IMG/VR virus record: IMGVR_UViG_3300042291_000463
Span: 1 to 42,754 of that record
Source of the DNA: a virus
Taxonomy: Duplodnaviria; Caudoviricetes
DNA length: 42,754 nt
Reading direction: 5' to 3' (one strand)
Positions 19,292-29,565 of the stretch are shown in pieces. The notes under the pieces are model-generated. The model was given only the letters and a program-made list of their open reading frames with translations. It searched no databases and was not told where the DNA came from. A program made the translations under genes and the position numbers. Numbering within the stretch: position 1 is the stretch's first letter; the number at the start of each line of letters is the position of its first letter.

Positions 19292-20194
19292 ATGAGTATA
19301 TTTAGAAGATTGATATCATCAGATTCATCGCAAGTTTTTCCCTTTGTATTTAAAGTTACAACAACAACTGCAAGTACTGTATTTACGTGTCCTTTGATTG
19401 ATTATGGTGGATTGACACCATCGTTATATATAGATTGGGGTGATGGTAGTAGTTCTCCATTAATAACTGTATCGAATTCCGTAAATAGAATCCACACTTA
19501 TACTAGTCCCGGAACATATAACGTAACTATAACTGGATTTATGCCAGGTTTTGCAGTAAATAATAATTCGGCAATTAGAACTCTTATAACTGAATTAGTT
19601 CAATGGGGAATTGTTGGATTAAGAAGTGTAAATTTTTATGGTTGTTCAAACTTAACAGCGATACCTGGAAGTGCATCATTGAGTGCAGTAGGTGGTTATA
19701 CTGGTTTAGATGAGATAGTTACTTTTTCTAATTTTATGAATGGTACTAGAATAACATCAATACCTTCGGATATATTTGATTATTCACCAAAAGCAACAAC
19801 ATTTAGTAGTACATTTGCATCAATACCAACAATAACATCAATACCAACTGGATTATTTGATAATGTTCCTTTGGCAACATCATTTGCATCTTGTTTCTTT
19901 GCATGCCAAGCTCTAACAACAGTACCATTAACATTATTTGACCAAAATGTAAATGTGACGAGTTTTTCTGGAACATTTAGAAATTCTAGAGCAATAGTTG
20001 ATGTTTTACAATTTACATATAATACAGCAGTAACAACTTTTAGTAATTTATATAACATGAGTTCCACAACAAATGCTTTAACAGGTACCGCTCCTGAATT
20101 GTGGAATAGAGTACCTGCACCAGCTGGAACTGATGCATTTAATAATTGTACTGGATTAACAAATTTCGCATCAATACCTATAAACTTTAAATAA
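19292..20194 (+). CDS. PKD-like plus BspA/DUF285-like leucine-rich-repeat protein, putative fibre-tip or receptor-binding subunit
   Basis: IDWGDG...HTYTSPGTYNVTI (PKD-like), then ~25-aa repeats such as SIPxxLFDxxxxATSFxxxFxxCxxLT. Confidence 0.65.
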   Translation: MSIFRRLISSDSSQVFPFVFKVTTTTASTVFTCPLIDYGGLTPSLYIDWGDGSSSPLITVSNSVNRIHTYTSPGTYNVTITGFMPGFAVNNNSAIRTLITELVQWGIVGLRSVNFYGCSNLTAIPGSASLSAVGGYTGLDEIVTFSNFMNGTRITSIPSDIFDYSPKATTFSSTFASIPTITSIPTGLFDNVPLATSFASCFFACQALTTVPLTLFDQNVNVTSFSGTFRNSRAIVDVLQFTYNTAVTTFSNLYNMSSTTNALTGTAPELWNRVPAPAGTDAFNNCTGLTNFASIPINFK

Positions 20195-20195
20195 T

Positions 20196-20639
20196 ATGTA
20201 CTTACGAATTATAAACGATACGATTAATTATCCATATACTATTAACGAATTAAGAGGAGCATATCCAAATGTAAGTCTTCCTGCAACTATTACTGATGAA
20301 TCTTTAATTGAGTGGGATATGTATGTAGTTCAACCAACCCCAATACCAGTTGACTATACAAAAAATATTACGGAAGGAACTCCTACTTTAATTGATGGGT
20401 TTTATTATAAAAGTTGGGTAGAAACGGACGCTACATCAGAAGAAATTTCATATCGAATAGAAAATCAATGGGAAACAATACGAATTCAAAGAAATGAATT
20501 ATTGACAGAATGTGATTGGACACAATTATCTGATATCCCATCCGAAACAAAAGAGGCTTGGACACTATATAGACAAGCATTACGAAATATTACAACACAA
20601 TCCAATCCTTTTTCTATTAACTGGCCTGTGAAACCTTAA
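20196..20639 (+). CDS. Tail fibre assembly chaperone (Phage_tail_APC-like)
   Basis: C-terminal WETIRIQRNELLTECDWTQLSD...WTLYRQALRNIT..NP..INWPVKP signature. Confidence 0.85.
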   Translation: MYLRIINDTINYPYTINELRGAYPNVSLPATITDESLIEWDMYVVQPTPIPVDYTKNITEGTPTLIDGFYYKSWVETDATSEEISYRIENQWETIRIQRNELLTECDWTQLSDIPSETKEAWTLYRQALRNITTQSNPFSINWPVKP

Positions 20640-20652
20640 AAGGAAATTATTT

Positions 20653-20662
20653 TATATTTATA
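20653..20662 (+). promoter_or_regulatory. TATATTTATA putative promoter motif
   Basis: Intergenic, upstream of ORF 20690. Recurrent motif. Confidence 0.55.
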
Positions 20663-20689
20663 CCTATAACAAAAAGTATATAGATATAG

Positions 20690-20968
20690 ATGATTATACA
20701 TAGTCCAATATTTTCGGGTTCAATTACACAAGCTTCATCTGCTTACGCAAATTTAAGTGGTTCATTTACGGGTTCTTTAACCGGTTCATTTAAGGGTACA
20801 ATTGATGTGCAACAAGCATCATTTGCTAACTTAGATGTAACTAATAGATTATCGGTTAGTGGTTCAATTAATATGACTGGTTCAATGAATTTGACTGCGG
20901 GTGGGTATTTAGTGGACGGTGTAAACGTATTAGATTCAGCAATAGCTTTTGCAATAGCATTAGGATAA
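20690..20968 (+). CDS. Small structural protein ending in AIAFAIALG
   Basis: 92 aa, rich in (S/T)GS motifs, with a hydrophobic C-terminal IALG motif directly before a MANTF-type adaptor gene. Confidence 0.7.
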   Translation: MIIHSPIFSGSITQASSAYANLSGSFTGSLTGSFKGTIDVQQASFANLDVTNRLSVSGSINMTGSMNLTAGGYLVDGVNVLDSAIAFAIALG

Positions 20969-20980
20969 AAATAAATAAAA

Positions 20981-21313
20981 ATGGCAAATACATTTAAAAA
21001 TAGTATAACAGGTTCAATCGGGACAAACGGTGTTAAAGTATATGAATCTCCAGCTGCAACTTCTGCAACAATAATCGGTGTGAATGTGGCAAATGCAGCA
21101 TCACAAAATATTTCAGTAAGTGTAATGATGCGAGATACTTCTGGAAATAAATGTGTATATTTGGTAAAGGATGCTTTGATAGTACAAGGTGGTTCAAATA
21201 TAATGGTAGGTGGTGAACAAAAGATTGTATTAGAAGCAACGGATTTTCTTTCGGTAACATCTTCGTTAGCAAATTCAGCAGATGTAATTGTTTCGGTATT
21301 AGAATTGACATAA
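20981..21313 (+). CDS. Small beta-rich virion adaptor protein (MANTFK...KIVLE...SVLE type)
   Basis: 110 aa, paralogous to both ends of 7906..8823, and directly upstream of a giant fibre gene. Confidence 0.7.
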   Translation: MANTFKNSITGSIGTNGVKVYESPAATSATIIGVNVANAASQNISVSVMMRDTSGNKCVYLVKDALIVQGGSNIMVGGEQKIVLEATDFLSVTSSLANSADVIVSVLELT

Positions 21314-21329
21314 TAAAAAGATATATTAA

Positions 21330-24300
21330 ATGGAGTTTAACGGAAAAAGTCCTAATGGGTTAAATCAGACTAGTGTAAATAGTGTATCACTTTTTGTGAG
21401 TGGAGCATCTATATTAAATGCATCATCGGAATCTGTAAATGTTGTAGGAAACTTTAGTGCTTCCGGAATACAAACAAATTTAATTGGAGTAACTAGTGGG
21501 TCTTCATTACAAATAAACGCAAATACACAAGTTAGTGGTTCTATTACCGCATCTTTATTTAGAGGAGATGGTAGTGGGTTATTTAATATTAGTGCGGCAT
21601 CAATTGGCGATATAGATAGATTAAAATCAGGTTCAGTAGTAGCACAAATTTCACCAAATCAAGGATTAAGAGTTAATACTGGCGTTACTGTAAATGATTT
21701 TTTAATAGTAACTGGAAGTGGTATTTTCAAAGGAGATATTAGTGTAGCTGGTAAAATAACATCTACTGAAATACATACAACATACATTTCATCATCTGTA
21801 ATATATTCATCTGGTTCAAATAAATTTGGCGATTCTCAACTCGATAAACAAGAATTTACTGGTAGTGTAGCAATTTCAGGTTCTATGTTTGTTACCGGCC
21901 TCCAAGCTGATAATGTAACAAACGAAGTATTGGTTATTAATACCGCAACGGGAAAGATAGGAACTAAATTTGCAGCAGCAACTTCTGGTACGTCTGGTAC
22001 ATCAGGAACTTCTGGTACAACTGGTAGTGAAGGTACTTCTGGTACTTCTGGTACATCAGGAACTTCCGGTAGTAGTGGTTCATCAGGAACTTCGGGAACT
22101 TCAGGAACAAGCGGAACTTCTGGTAGTACGGGTTCTGCCGGTACTTCTGGAACGTCTGGCACATCAGGTACATCCGGAACGTCTGGTACATCGGGAACAT
22201 CTGGAATCGATGGCACATCGGGTACTTCTGGCACAAGCGGAACATCCGGAACATCCGGAACTTCAGGTAGTACAGGTTCTGCAGGTACAACGGGCTCGGC
22301 TGGTACATCTGGAACTTCTGGAACATCAGGAACTTCTGGAACAAGTGGAGAAGATGGTTCATCAGGAACATCTGGTTCAGCTGGGACAAGTGGTACTAGT
22401 GGAACTTCGGGAAGTGGTGGTACAACTGGTACTGCCGGCTCAACCGGGTCTTCTGGTATAAGTGGAACAGCCGGTACAACTGGTTCGGCAGGTACATCTG
22501 GAACTTCTGGAACTTCTGGAACAAGTGGTACTGCTGGTAGTGGTGGTATAACTGGAGCCGGTGGATTGGGTGGTACGAATGGTAGTGGTGGAACAAGTGG
22601 AACGAGTGGAGCGGATGGTAGTAGTGGAAGTAGTGGTTCTAGTGGTACATCAGGAACTTCGGGAGTAACCGGTGCAGGTGGAACCGGTGGTTCAGCTGGT
22701 ACATCAGGAACTTCGGGTACATCAGGAACTTCGGGTTCAGCTGGTACATCAGGTTCAGCTGGTACATCTGGTGCAAGTGGAATACAAGGTTCATCTGGTT
22801 CGGCAGGTACTTCAGGTACTTCAGGTACTTCTGGAACTTCTGGAACTTCTGGAACAAGTGGTTCGGATGGAATACAAGGTTCATCTGGCTCGGCCGGTAC
22901 TTCAGGAACATCTGGAGTAAGTGGTACCGGTGGAAGTAGTGGTACTTCAGGAACATCTGGAGTAAGTGGTTCAGCTGGAAGTAGTGGTTCATCTGGAACA
23001 TCCGGAGAAAGTGGTTCATCTGGAACATCCGGAGTAAGTGGTTCGGCAGGAAGTAGCGGAACTTCTGGTACATCAGGAACTTCAGGAACTTCAGGAACAT
23101 CTGGTACATCAGGAAGTAGCGGAACATCTGGAGAAAGTGGTTCGGCGGGAAGTAGTGGAACTTCTGGTACATCAGGTTCAGCTGGAACAAGTGGGTCTTC
23201 TGGTACATCAGGAACTTCTGGTACATCAGGAACAAGCGGAACATCAGGAACTTCTGGTTCATCAGGAGCTTCCGGTTCATCGGGAACTTCTGGTACAAGT
23301 GGTTCGGCAGGAACTTCCGGTACAAGTGGAACTTCTGGAACTTCTGGTACAAGTGGTTCATCTGGAACATCTGGAACACGCGGTACATCAGGTACTTCTG
23401 GTTTATTAGCATTAACTGGTACAACTGATAATGGTGTAATTACATTAAACGGAACTGCACCAAACGGAACTGTTGAAGCAAATTTAAAATTCGATGGTAG
23501 TACATTGACGGTAACTGGAGATGCTACAATTAGTGGTAACTTAACTGTTAGTGGTACTACAACATATATTAATACAACAACTTTAAATGTAGGTGATAAT
23601 ATCATTACACTTAACGCAGATATTGGAGCATCAACTACACCAACTGAAAATGCTGGTATAGAAGTTAAGAGAGGTAATGCAGCAACAAAACAATTTATTT
23701 GGGATGAGGGAAATGATAGATGGTCATTTGATGATAACGTAAACGTAAGTGGTAACGTAGTTCTTAGTGGTACAATAGATACTGGATTAGGTGCAACTGA
23801 AGTTTATTTAATGAACCAAAATATCAGAACAACGGATGCAGTAACTTTTGCTACGGTTAATACCGGACAAGGTGCTAACGAATTATATGCAATGGACCAA
23901 AACGTAAGAACTACGGATGGTGTAACATTTGCAACCGTAAATACCGGACAAGGTGCTAACGAACTATATGCGATGGACCAAAATGTTCGTACAACTGATA
24001 CTGTAAGATTTGGTAAAGTAGAAATTGATGGTGCATCGAATTATATAGATACAAATGGAGGATATTTTAGTATAACATCTGCGGGTAATGAAATAACGCT
24101 TGGGGGCACTGCAAGTTCTATGTATATTAATTATCGCGCGGCTTTAGGTGGAACTCCAACTTCATATATTTGGAACGCGGGTACTCCATCTACATTTGCC
24201 AATCATACGATGGGTAGAATAGATGCGGATTCTCTATACGATAGAAATGATACGACTTTTTATATAAATCCAGCTGGAACTTCAAAGGCAAGTACAATAA

Positions 24301-27300
24301 ATGTAGATAATCTTAATACTGGTAACTACGTTAATATTGGTTATACAAATAATAATGAATCAATATCAACTACATCATTTAGAGGTATAGATTTTCATAC
24401 AACTAGTGATTTTAACTATTATATTGGTAAGCCGGCAGGTGCTTGGACACAACCATTACATATACATTTTTATACTGGTATAAGACTTCGTTCTCATCAT
24501 TCATACGGTGGTACTCAATTTTATAATATAGCAAATAGTGTTGCTGTTGCAAGTTTCAACGATGGTGATAACCACTTTAGAACTTTCTACAATAGTTATT
24601 TGGGTAATAGTAGTGGTGATTTAACTTGGGTTAATGATACTCTATATGTCGGTGCAAGTGATAGTGGAGATGCTGAATTCCGTTTTGGTGAAGATAGTAG
24701 TGGTTGGTATGGTGATAGATGGTATTGGGATAGTGCGTATAATGTATATCGATATAGTAGATATGCCGGCACCGATTCTTTAATTCACTATCATGATACA
24801 AGAGATGCTGCGAGAATTACTTATGGAAGAAATATTGTATTTGATGATTTTGGAAAAGGTATAGTTGGAAATTATGATTCCGTTAGATTGCAAGCCGTAT
24901 TTGCTATGGGTGACTCTTATAAAATGGCGGTAAATGGATTGGCAACTAATAATATGTATGGCATCGCATGGTCTCATCCAAATGCAGGTGGTTTGGGTGG
25001 TGCGAATAATTTGAATGACCATGGTTTGTTAATAATAAACAATGGTTCTTTTAGAGCATCGATTTCATCTCGTATAGTAGCATCGGAAGAAGTTAGAGGA
25101 ACACTATTCAGAGATTATACTGATACTGGATATTTTTTAGATCCTGGTACAAGTGCAACTTCATTAAGAATAGCAGGTGGTATAAAACAAAATAACTTAG
25201 TAGGTAGACCTTACGCAGTTTGGGGAGCCAGCAGTAGTACAACTGGAGCAGTTGTTATTAAATTTCCTGGTAATACTAGTAACTATGGAATGATACATGC
25301 GGTTATTGACATTTATGAATATAACGGAAATAATGCATGTACTGTAATAGTTGGTGGACATAACTGGAATGGTGCTTGGTATAATTTCGGAGCAACTCTT
25401 GTAGGATATACCGATAAACCAATTAGAGTTGGTGTTAAAGATGGTAAATATTGTATCGTAATTGGTAACGGTTCATCTGGTTGGTCTTATGGACAGGTTG
25501 TTCTTCGTAAAATACAAAATGGTTCATATTATAGTGGAGTAATGGATGTTGCGGAAGGATATACTGCAGCAATAGAATCAGATTCCTACTCATATATATC
25601 TAGCAATTTAAGTGGATTTAGAAGTACAACAATTCAGGCTACTTCGGCAATGTATTCTCCAATCTACTATGATAGTGATGATACTACATTTAGAATAGAT
25701 GGTGATAATACGTCTGTTCTTAGAAGATTACAAGTACGTCCATCGGGAGGTAGTCCAGGTGACTCTATACAAATATATTCATCTGGAGTACATCAATATC
25801 CACAAATTTATTCTGATGGAGCTCTTGAAGCAATGTGGAATTATAGAAATACATATGCACAATGGTATGTTGGTTTAAGAACAACATCTCAATTAGTTGG
25901 TATTACTGGTTTCCATTTTTATAATACAACATATGGACAAACCGTTGGTGGGTGGAGTATCGATGGAATTGGATATGCAATATCTTCATTTAGAGCACCT
26001 ATATTCTATGACCAAGATAATACTGGTTATTATTTTGATGGAAATGGTACTACTGTAATGAACGTATCATACAATTATGGTAGACATTATTATGATAACT
26101 ATTTAGTAAGCCGTAACGAAGGTGGTATGATGGGTAGTTATAATTCAACCGGAACTGCTTCTAAAGTAATTTGGACAATCGGTGAGTCTTGGCCAATTGG
26201 TAATATGTACGGATTAGGATATGAATATGCTAGTAGTACATTCTTACCTGGTGACCCGCATGTTATTGCATTAAGAAACAATGGTAGTACCTATACTAGA
26301 TTACAAATGAATGGTGGTATTTACACCACTGGAGCTATATATTCAACCGCGGCATTATATTCACCAATATACTACGATTCGGATAATACTGGATATTATG
26401 TGAATGCAGCTGGTACAACAAACCTTGTTTATTTAGTTGTTGCAAACGGAAACTCTATTCAACATAACGCATATAATAACAATGGTTCATTTATGATGAA
26501 TAACGCATCTACCTATTGGGGTATGATTAGTAACGTATCTGCAAATGACTGGAGATTGGGTTATGGTGGTGGTAACTCTATTGTTGGTTGGAACTTAAGA
26601 TGGGATAATGGTAGTACTGCTTGGGCACAAAGTTTCCAAGCTAATATAATGTATGATGCCCAAAATACTGCATATTATATAGACCCTAATGGTACATCTT
26701 ATTTAAGAGGTAGATTAGAAGTAGCTGGTGGCCACTACGATTCATCTCTTAGAATTATTGCTAGAGGAAATGAAATGGGTACTGGTGTACCATCTTATTT
26801 ACAAATGTGGGTATCTGAACCTGGTGTGACTTGGAATGATGGTGGTTTTGGATTTAACGTACATAATAATGGTAGTGGTCCTGGTGGATTTGATAGAATA
26901 AATACGGGGCAGGGACAAGCATATATGAGGTTTACTTCAGCTGGTGATTGGTATTTCTATAACACGAATACATCCGGTACTAGAGTTACTAATATGGAAA
27001 TGTACCCAAATAATACGGTATATTTTAATAACTATGCAACTGGTGGTAACTCATTAAGAGCACCAATATTTTATGATTCAAACAATACTGGATATTATGT
27101 AGACCCAGCTGGTACTGCTAGATTAAGTTATGTATTATCAAACGGTGGTATTAGAGTTGATTCAAACGAACACATTTATTTGGATTATAACTACGGACAA
27201 ACTATTTTTGGAGTTTATACATCAACTAGATATCAGGGTATATTCTCAATGGGTACTTCTTGGAGACTTCCTGTTGATGGTACATCTCCTGGTAACTTAT

Positions 27301-29516
27301 ATGGATTATCTTGGTCACATCCTAATGCCGGCGGACAAGCTGGTTATTTGACTGACCACGGATTGTTAGTAATGGTTAATGGTTTAACATACGCAGCACT
27401 TACAAGCACAGTTTGGGCAAGAAGTGATATGAGGTCACCTATTTACTATGACCACGATACTGGATACTATTTCAATGGTAATGGTGATAGTAACTGGCAA
27501 GGTTTGACCGATTATGGTAAAATGAGAATTGGATTGACCGGTAAAGGTAACTACCGTAGAAATGATTATACTGGAGATACTAATTATTGGATAGGTTCTA
27601 TGGGATGGGGAACTACTGATATGAACTCAGTAGCGGGATGGGGTTCAGGCTTTATTGATTCTTGGTCAAACCCAGGTAATCAGCCGAGTGGTACATCGCA
27701 TTGGGTTGGTACACAAGCTTTCCATTATGCGGCTGGTGGAAATAATAACACTGGTTGGCAGTTGGTTGGTGGACCGATAAGTAACTTAAGATTTAGAAGT
27801 GCTTGGAGTGGTTGGAGCGGTTGGTGTACTGTTGCAATGCATGACCGTAATGATGGTAGTGGTGGACCTTTATATGCAGGGTATTATGCCGATAGTAACG
27901 ATACTGGATATTATTTAGACCCTAACTCAACATCGGATTCTGCTTTAAGAATTAGAGGCGGTACTCTACATGGACCTAACCCAACTTGGGGAGCATATCT
28001 TTATGTTGGTTCTAATGGTAGACCTAACTCATACGCATCTGTTGTGACAACTAATGGTAACTTACACTTAGATTGCCAAAACGGATATGAAACTTATATC
28101 AACCACTATTCTGGAAATAGAACGTATCTTTATGAGATAAGAACAAACTTTATTTACGATAGAGATGATACTTCATACTATTTAGACCCTAATGGTACTT
28201 CACAATTAAGTAGATTTGCACAAAGAACACATGCCGCGATAAATAGGGGTTATCATTGGAATACCCCTAGATTTGATTATACTGGTGATACTAACTATTG
28301 GACAGGTACTTTCGGTTGGGGAACATCTGCTGGAAACTGGGATAATGCTTGGAAAGCTGGTTTTTCTGGATGGGATATTTGGGGTGGTGGAACTGGTCAC
28401 CCTCAAGGTGGTGGTTACATTCACGCTCAAGGTATTGTATCCGGTCAACACTATGCAACATCGGATGGTGGTGCGGCGTATGGTTGGATGATGGTAGGTG
28501 CCGGTGATGCAACCGCAAATAGATATTGGGCAAGAGGTAAATGGGGTGGTGGTACATCTGGATGGTTAGAATTCGTAATGAGTGGTTCTAATCCTGGATA
28601 TACATTGTACGCATATATAATGTATGATGCAAATAATACTGGATATTATAGTGACCCTAATGGTGATTCTCGTTTAAGCGCAATATACATAGACCAGGGT
28701 TATAACTACGGATGGTGGAGAAACTATGGTTGTACTGGATTGTATAACCAATCATATGGTAGAGGTATATGGGCAGCTGAATGTGGTGGAAATTCTTATG
28801 GTAACTATACAACTTACGATGGTGGTAGAAATGGCTGGCAAGGTTGGGGTATTGGTTCTAGACACTGTTTAATGAGTACCGGTGGTGATAACATTGGTAT
28901 ACATGATAATAGTAGAAGTTGGTTGTATTATTGGGGTGGTGATTATCATAGATTCCAATATGGATATTTCCAAGCGGATGGCTCTATAAGAAGTCCGTTA
29001 TTCTATGATAATAACAATACGGGATATTATATGGATGGTGATGGTAGTTCTCGTATGTTTAGAATTAATGCAAACCAATTATACGCATACGAATGGGTAT
29101 TCTGTCAGGGAAATATCATCGCTTACTATTCTGATGAAAGATTAAAAACAAAAGTTGGCAAGATTGAAAACCCAATAGAAAAGATTTCTCAATTAAATGG
29201 TTTCTATTATGTGAACAATGATTTGGCAAAATCAGTAGGATACACCGATGAAAAAGTACAATTGGGTCTTTCAGCACAAGAAGTTCAAAGAATACTTCCT
29301 GAAATTGTAACATTAGCGCCATTTGATACTGAATTTGATTCGGAAGGTAACGTGATAGGTTCTAAGAGTGGTGAAAACTATTTAACAATCGATTATGATA
29401 AATTAGTTCCACTTTTAGTAGAAGCTATTAAAGAACAACAGGTTATAATTGACAAACAAAAGAACGATATTTCTGAAATTAAAGAAATGTTGAAAATCTT
29501 AACTAACAATAGATAA
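21330..29516 (+). CDS. Long modular tail fibre (2728 aa) with Gly-X-Y stalk and C-terminal peptidase S74 intramolecular chaperone
   Basis: The N-terminus shares modules with ORF 8890. Gly-X-Y at 21987-23402, about 12 YDxxxTGYYxDP linkers, and YSDERLK...GLSAQEV..LPEIV...IDYDKLVPLLVEAIKE plus a coiled coil from 29130. Confidence 0.9.
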   Translation: MEFNGKSPNGLNQTSVNSVSLFVSGASILNASSESVNVVGNFSASGIQTNLIGVTSGSSLQINANTQVSGSITASLFRGDGSGLFNISAASIGDIDRLKSGSVVAQISPNQGLRVNTGVTVNDFLIVTGSGIFKGDISVAGKITSTEIHTTYISSSVIYSSGSNKFGDSQLDKQEFTGSVAISGSMFVTGLQADNVTNEVLVINTATGKIGTKFAAATSGTSGTSGTSGTTGSEGTSGTSGTSGTSGSSGSSGTSGTSGTSGTSGSTGSAGTSGTSGTSGTSGTSGTSGTSGIDGTSGTSGTSGTSGTSGTSGSTGSAGTTGSAGTSGTSGTSGTSGTSGEDGSSGTSGSAGTSGTSGTSGSGGTTGTAGSTGSSGISGTAGTTGSAGTSGTSGTSGTSGTAGSGGITGAGGLGGTNGSGGTSGTSGADGSSGSSGSSGTSGTSGVTGAGGTGGSAGTSGTSGTSGTSGSAGTSGSAGTSGASGIQGSSGSAGTSGTSGTSGTSGTSGTSGSDGIQGSSGSAGTSGTSGVSGTGGSSGTSGTSGVSGSAGSSGSSGTSGESGSSGTSGVSGSAGSSGTSGTSGTSGTSGTSGTSGSSGTSGESGSAGSSGTSGTSGSAGTSGSSGTSGTSGTSGTSGTSGTSGSSGASGSSGTSGTSGSAGTSGTSGTSGTSGTSGSSGTSGTRGTSGTSGLLALTGTTDNGVITLNGTAPNGTVEANLKFDGSTLTVTGDATISGNLTVSGTTTYINTTTLNVGDNIITLNADIGASTTPTENAGIEVKRGNAATKQFIWDEGNDRWSFDDNVNVSGNVVLSGTIDTGLGATEVYLMNQNIRTTDAVTFATVNTGQGANELYAMDQNVRTTDGVTFATVNTGQGANELYAMDQNVRTTDTVRFGKVEIDGASNYIDTNGGYFSITSAGNEITLGGTASSMYINYRAALGGTPTSYIWNAGTPSTFANHTMGRIDADSLYDRNDTTFYINPAGTSKASTINVDNLNTGNYVNIGYTNNNESISTTSFRGIDFHTTSDFNYYIGKPAGAWTQPLHIHFYTGIRLRSHHSYGGTQFYNIANSVAVASFNDGDNHFRTFYNSYLGNSSGDLTWVNDTLYVGASDSGDAEFRFGEDSSGWYGDRWYWDSAYNVYRYSRYAGTDSLIHYHDTRDAARITYGRNIVFDDFGKGIVGNYDSVRLQAVFAMGDSYKMAVNGLATNNMYGIAWSHPNAGGLGGANNLNDHGLLIINNGSFRASISSRIVASEEVRGTLFRDYTDTGYFLDPGTSATSLRIAGGIKQNNLVGRPYAVWGASSSTTGAVVIKFPGNTSNYGMIHAVIDIYEYNGNNACTVIVGGHNWNGAWYNFGATLVGYTDKPIRVGVKDGKYCIVIGNGSSGWSYGQVVLRKIQNGSYYSGVMDVAEGYTAAIESDSYSYISSNLSGFRSTTIQATSAMYSPIYYDSDDTTFRIDGDNTSVLRRLQVRPSGGSPGDSIQIYSSGVHQYPQIYSDGALEAMWNYRNTYAQWYVGLRTTSQLVGITGFHFYNTTYGQTVGGWSIDGIGYAISSFRAPIFYDQDNTGYYFDGNGTTVMNVSYNYGRHYYDNYLVSRNEGGMMGSYNSTGTASKVIWTIGESWPIGNMYGLGYEYASSTFLPGDPHVIALRNNGSTYTRLQMNGGIYTTGAIYSTAALYSPIYYDSDNTGYYVNAAGTTNLVYLVVANGNSIQHNAYNNNGSFMMNNASTYWGMISNVSANDWRLGYGGGNSIVGWNLRWDNGSTAWAQSFQANIMYDAQNTAYYIDPNGTSYLRGRLEVAGGHYDSSLRIIARGNEMGTGVPSYLQMWVSEPGVTWNDGGFGFNVHNNGSGPGGFDRINTGQGQAYMRFTSAGDWYFYNTNTSGTRVTNMEMYPNNTVYFNNYATGGNSLRAPIFYDSNNTGYYVDPAGTARLSYVLSNGGIRVDSNEHIYLDYNYGQTIFGVYTSTRYQGIFSMGTSWRLPVDGTSPGNLYGLSWSHPNAGGQAGYLTDHGLLVMVNGLTYAALTSTVWARSDMRSPIYYDHDTGYYFNGNGDSNWQGLTDYGKMRIGLTGKGNYRRNDYTGDTNYWIGSMGWGTTDMNSVAGWGSGFIDSWSNPGNQPSGTSHWVGTQAFHYAAGGNNNTGWQLVGGPISNLRFRSAWSGWSGWCTVAMHDRNDGSGGPLYAGYYADSNDTGYYLDPNSTSDSALRIRGGTLHGPNPTWGAYLYVGSNGRPNSYASVVTTNGNLHLDCQNGYETYINHYSGNRTYLYEIRTNFIYDRDDTSYYLDPNGTSQLSRFAQRTHAAINRGYHWNTPRFDYTGDTNYWTGTFGWGTSAGNWDNAWKAGFSGWDIWGGGTGHPQGGGYIHAQGIVSGQHYATSDGGAAYGWMMVGAGDATANRYWARGKWGGGTSGWLEFVMSGSNPGYTLYAYIMYDANNTGYYSDPNGDSRLSAIYIDQGYNYGWWRNYGCTGLYNQSYGRGIWAAECGGNSYGNYTTYDGGRNGWQGWGIGSRHCLMSTGGDNIGIHDNSRSWLYYWGGDYHRFQYGYFQADGSIRSPLFYDNNNTGYYMDGDGSSRMFRINANQLYAYEWVFCQGNIIAYYSDERLKTKVGKIENPIEKISQLNGFYYVNNDLAKSVGYTDEKVQLGLSAQEVQRILPEIVTLAPFDTEFDSEGNVIGSKSGENYLTIDYDKLVPLLVEAIKEQQVIIDKQKNDISEIKEMLKILTNNR
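21987..23402 (+). repeat. In-register Gly-X-Y repeat, 157 triplets, Pro-free
   Basis: The first Gly codon (21987) and last (23400) are 1413 nt = 157 x 9 apart. No break is visible in the translation. Confidence 0.9.
23778..24012 (+). repeat. About 3 tandem 81-nt (27-aa) repeats TFATVNTGQGANELYAMDQNVRTTD
   Basis: taccggacaaggtgctaacgaa occurs at 23861 and 23942, 81 nt apart, preceded by a diverged copy. Confidence 0.85.
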
Positions 29517-29536
29517 TAATTATTTTTTAAAAATAA

Positions 29537-29546
29537 TATATTTATA
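29537..29546 (+). promoter_or_regulatory. TATATTTATA putative promoter motif
   Basis: Intergenic, about 20 nt upstream of ATG 29566. Confidence 0.55.
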
Positions 29547-29565
29547 CAATATAAAACACAATATT

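Noticed and set aside
15637-23402. CRISPR array or satellite DNA
   Set aside because: The 9-nt periodicity varies at synonymous positions and has no unique spacers. It is protein-coding.
21836-23605. 589-aa minus-strand ORF and nested short ORFs
   Set aside because: Same shadow effect from the second Gly-X-Y tract.
24225-29516. Diversity-generating retroelement acting on the fibre
   Set aside because: No reverse transcriptase in the window, and no repeat pair differing only at adenines was seen. The internal paralogs are too diverged.
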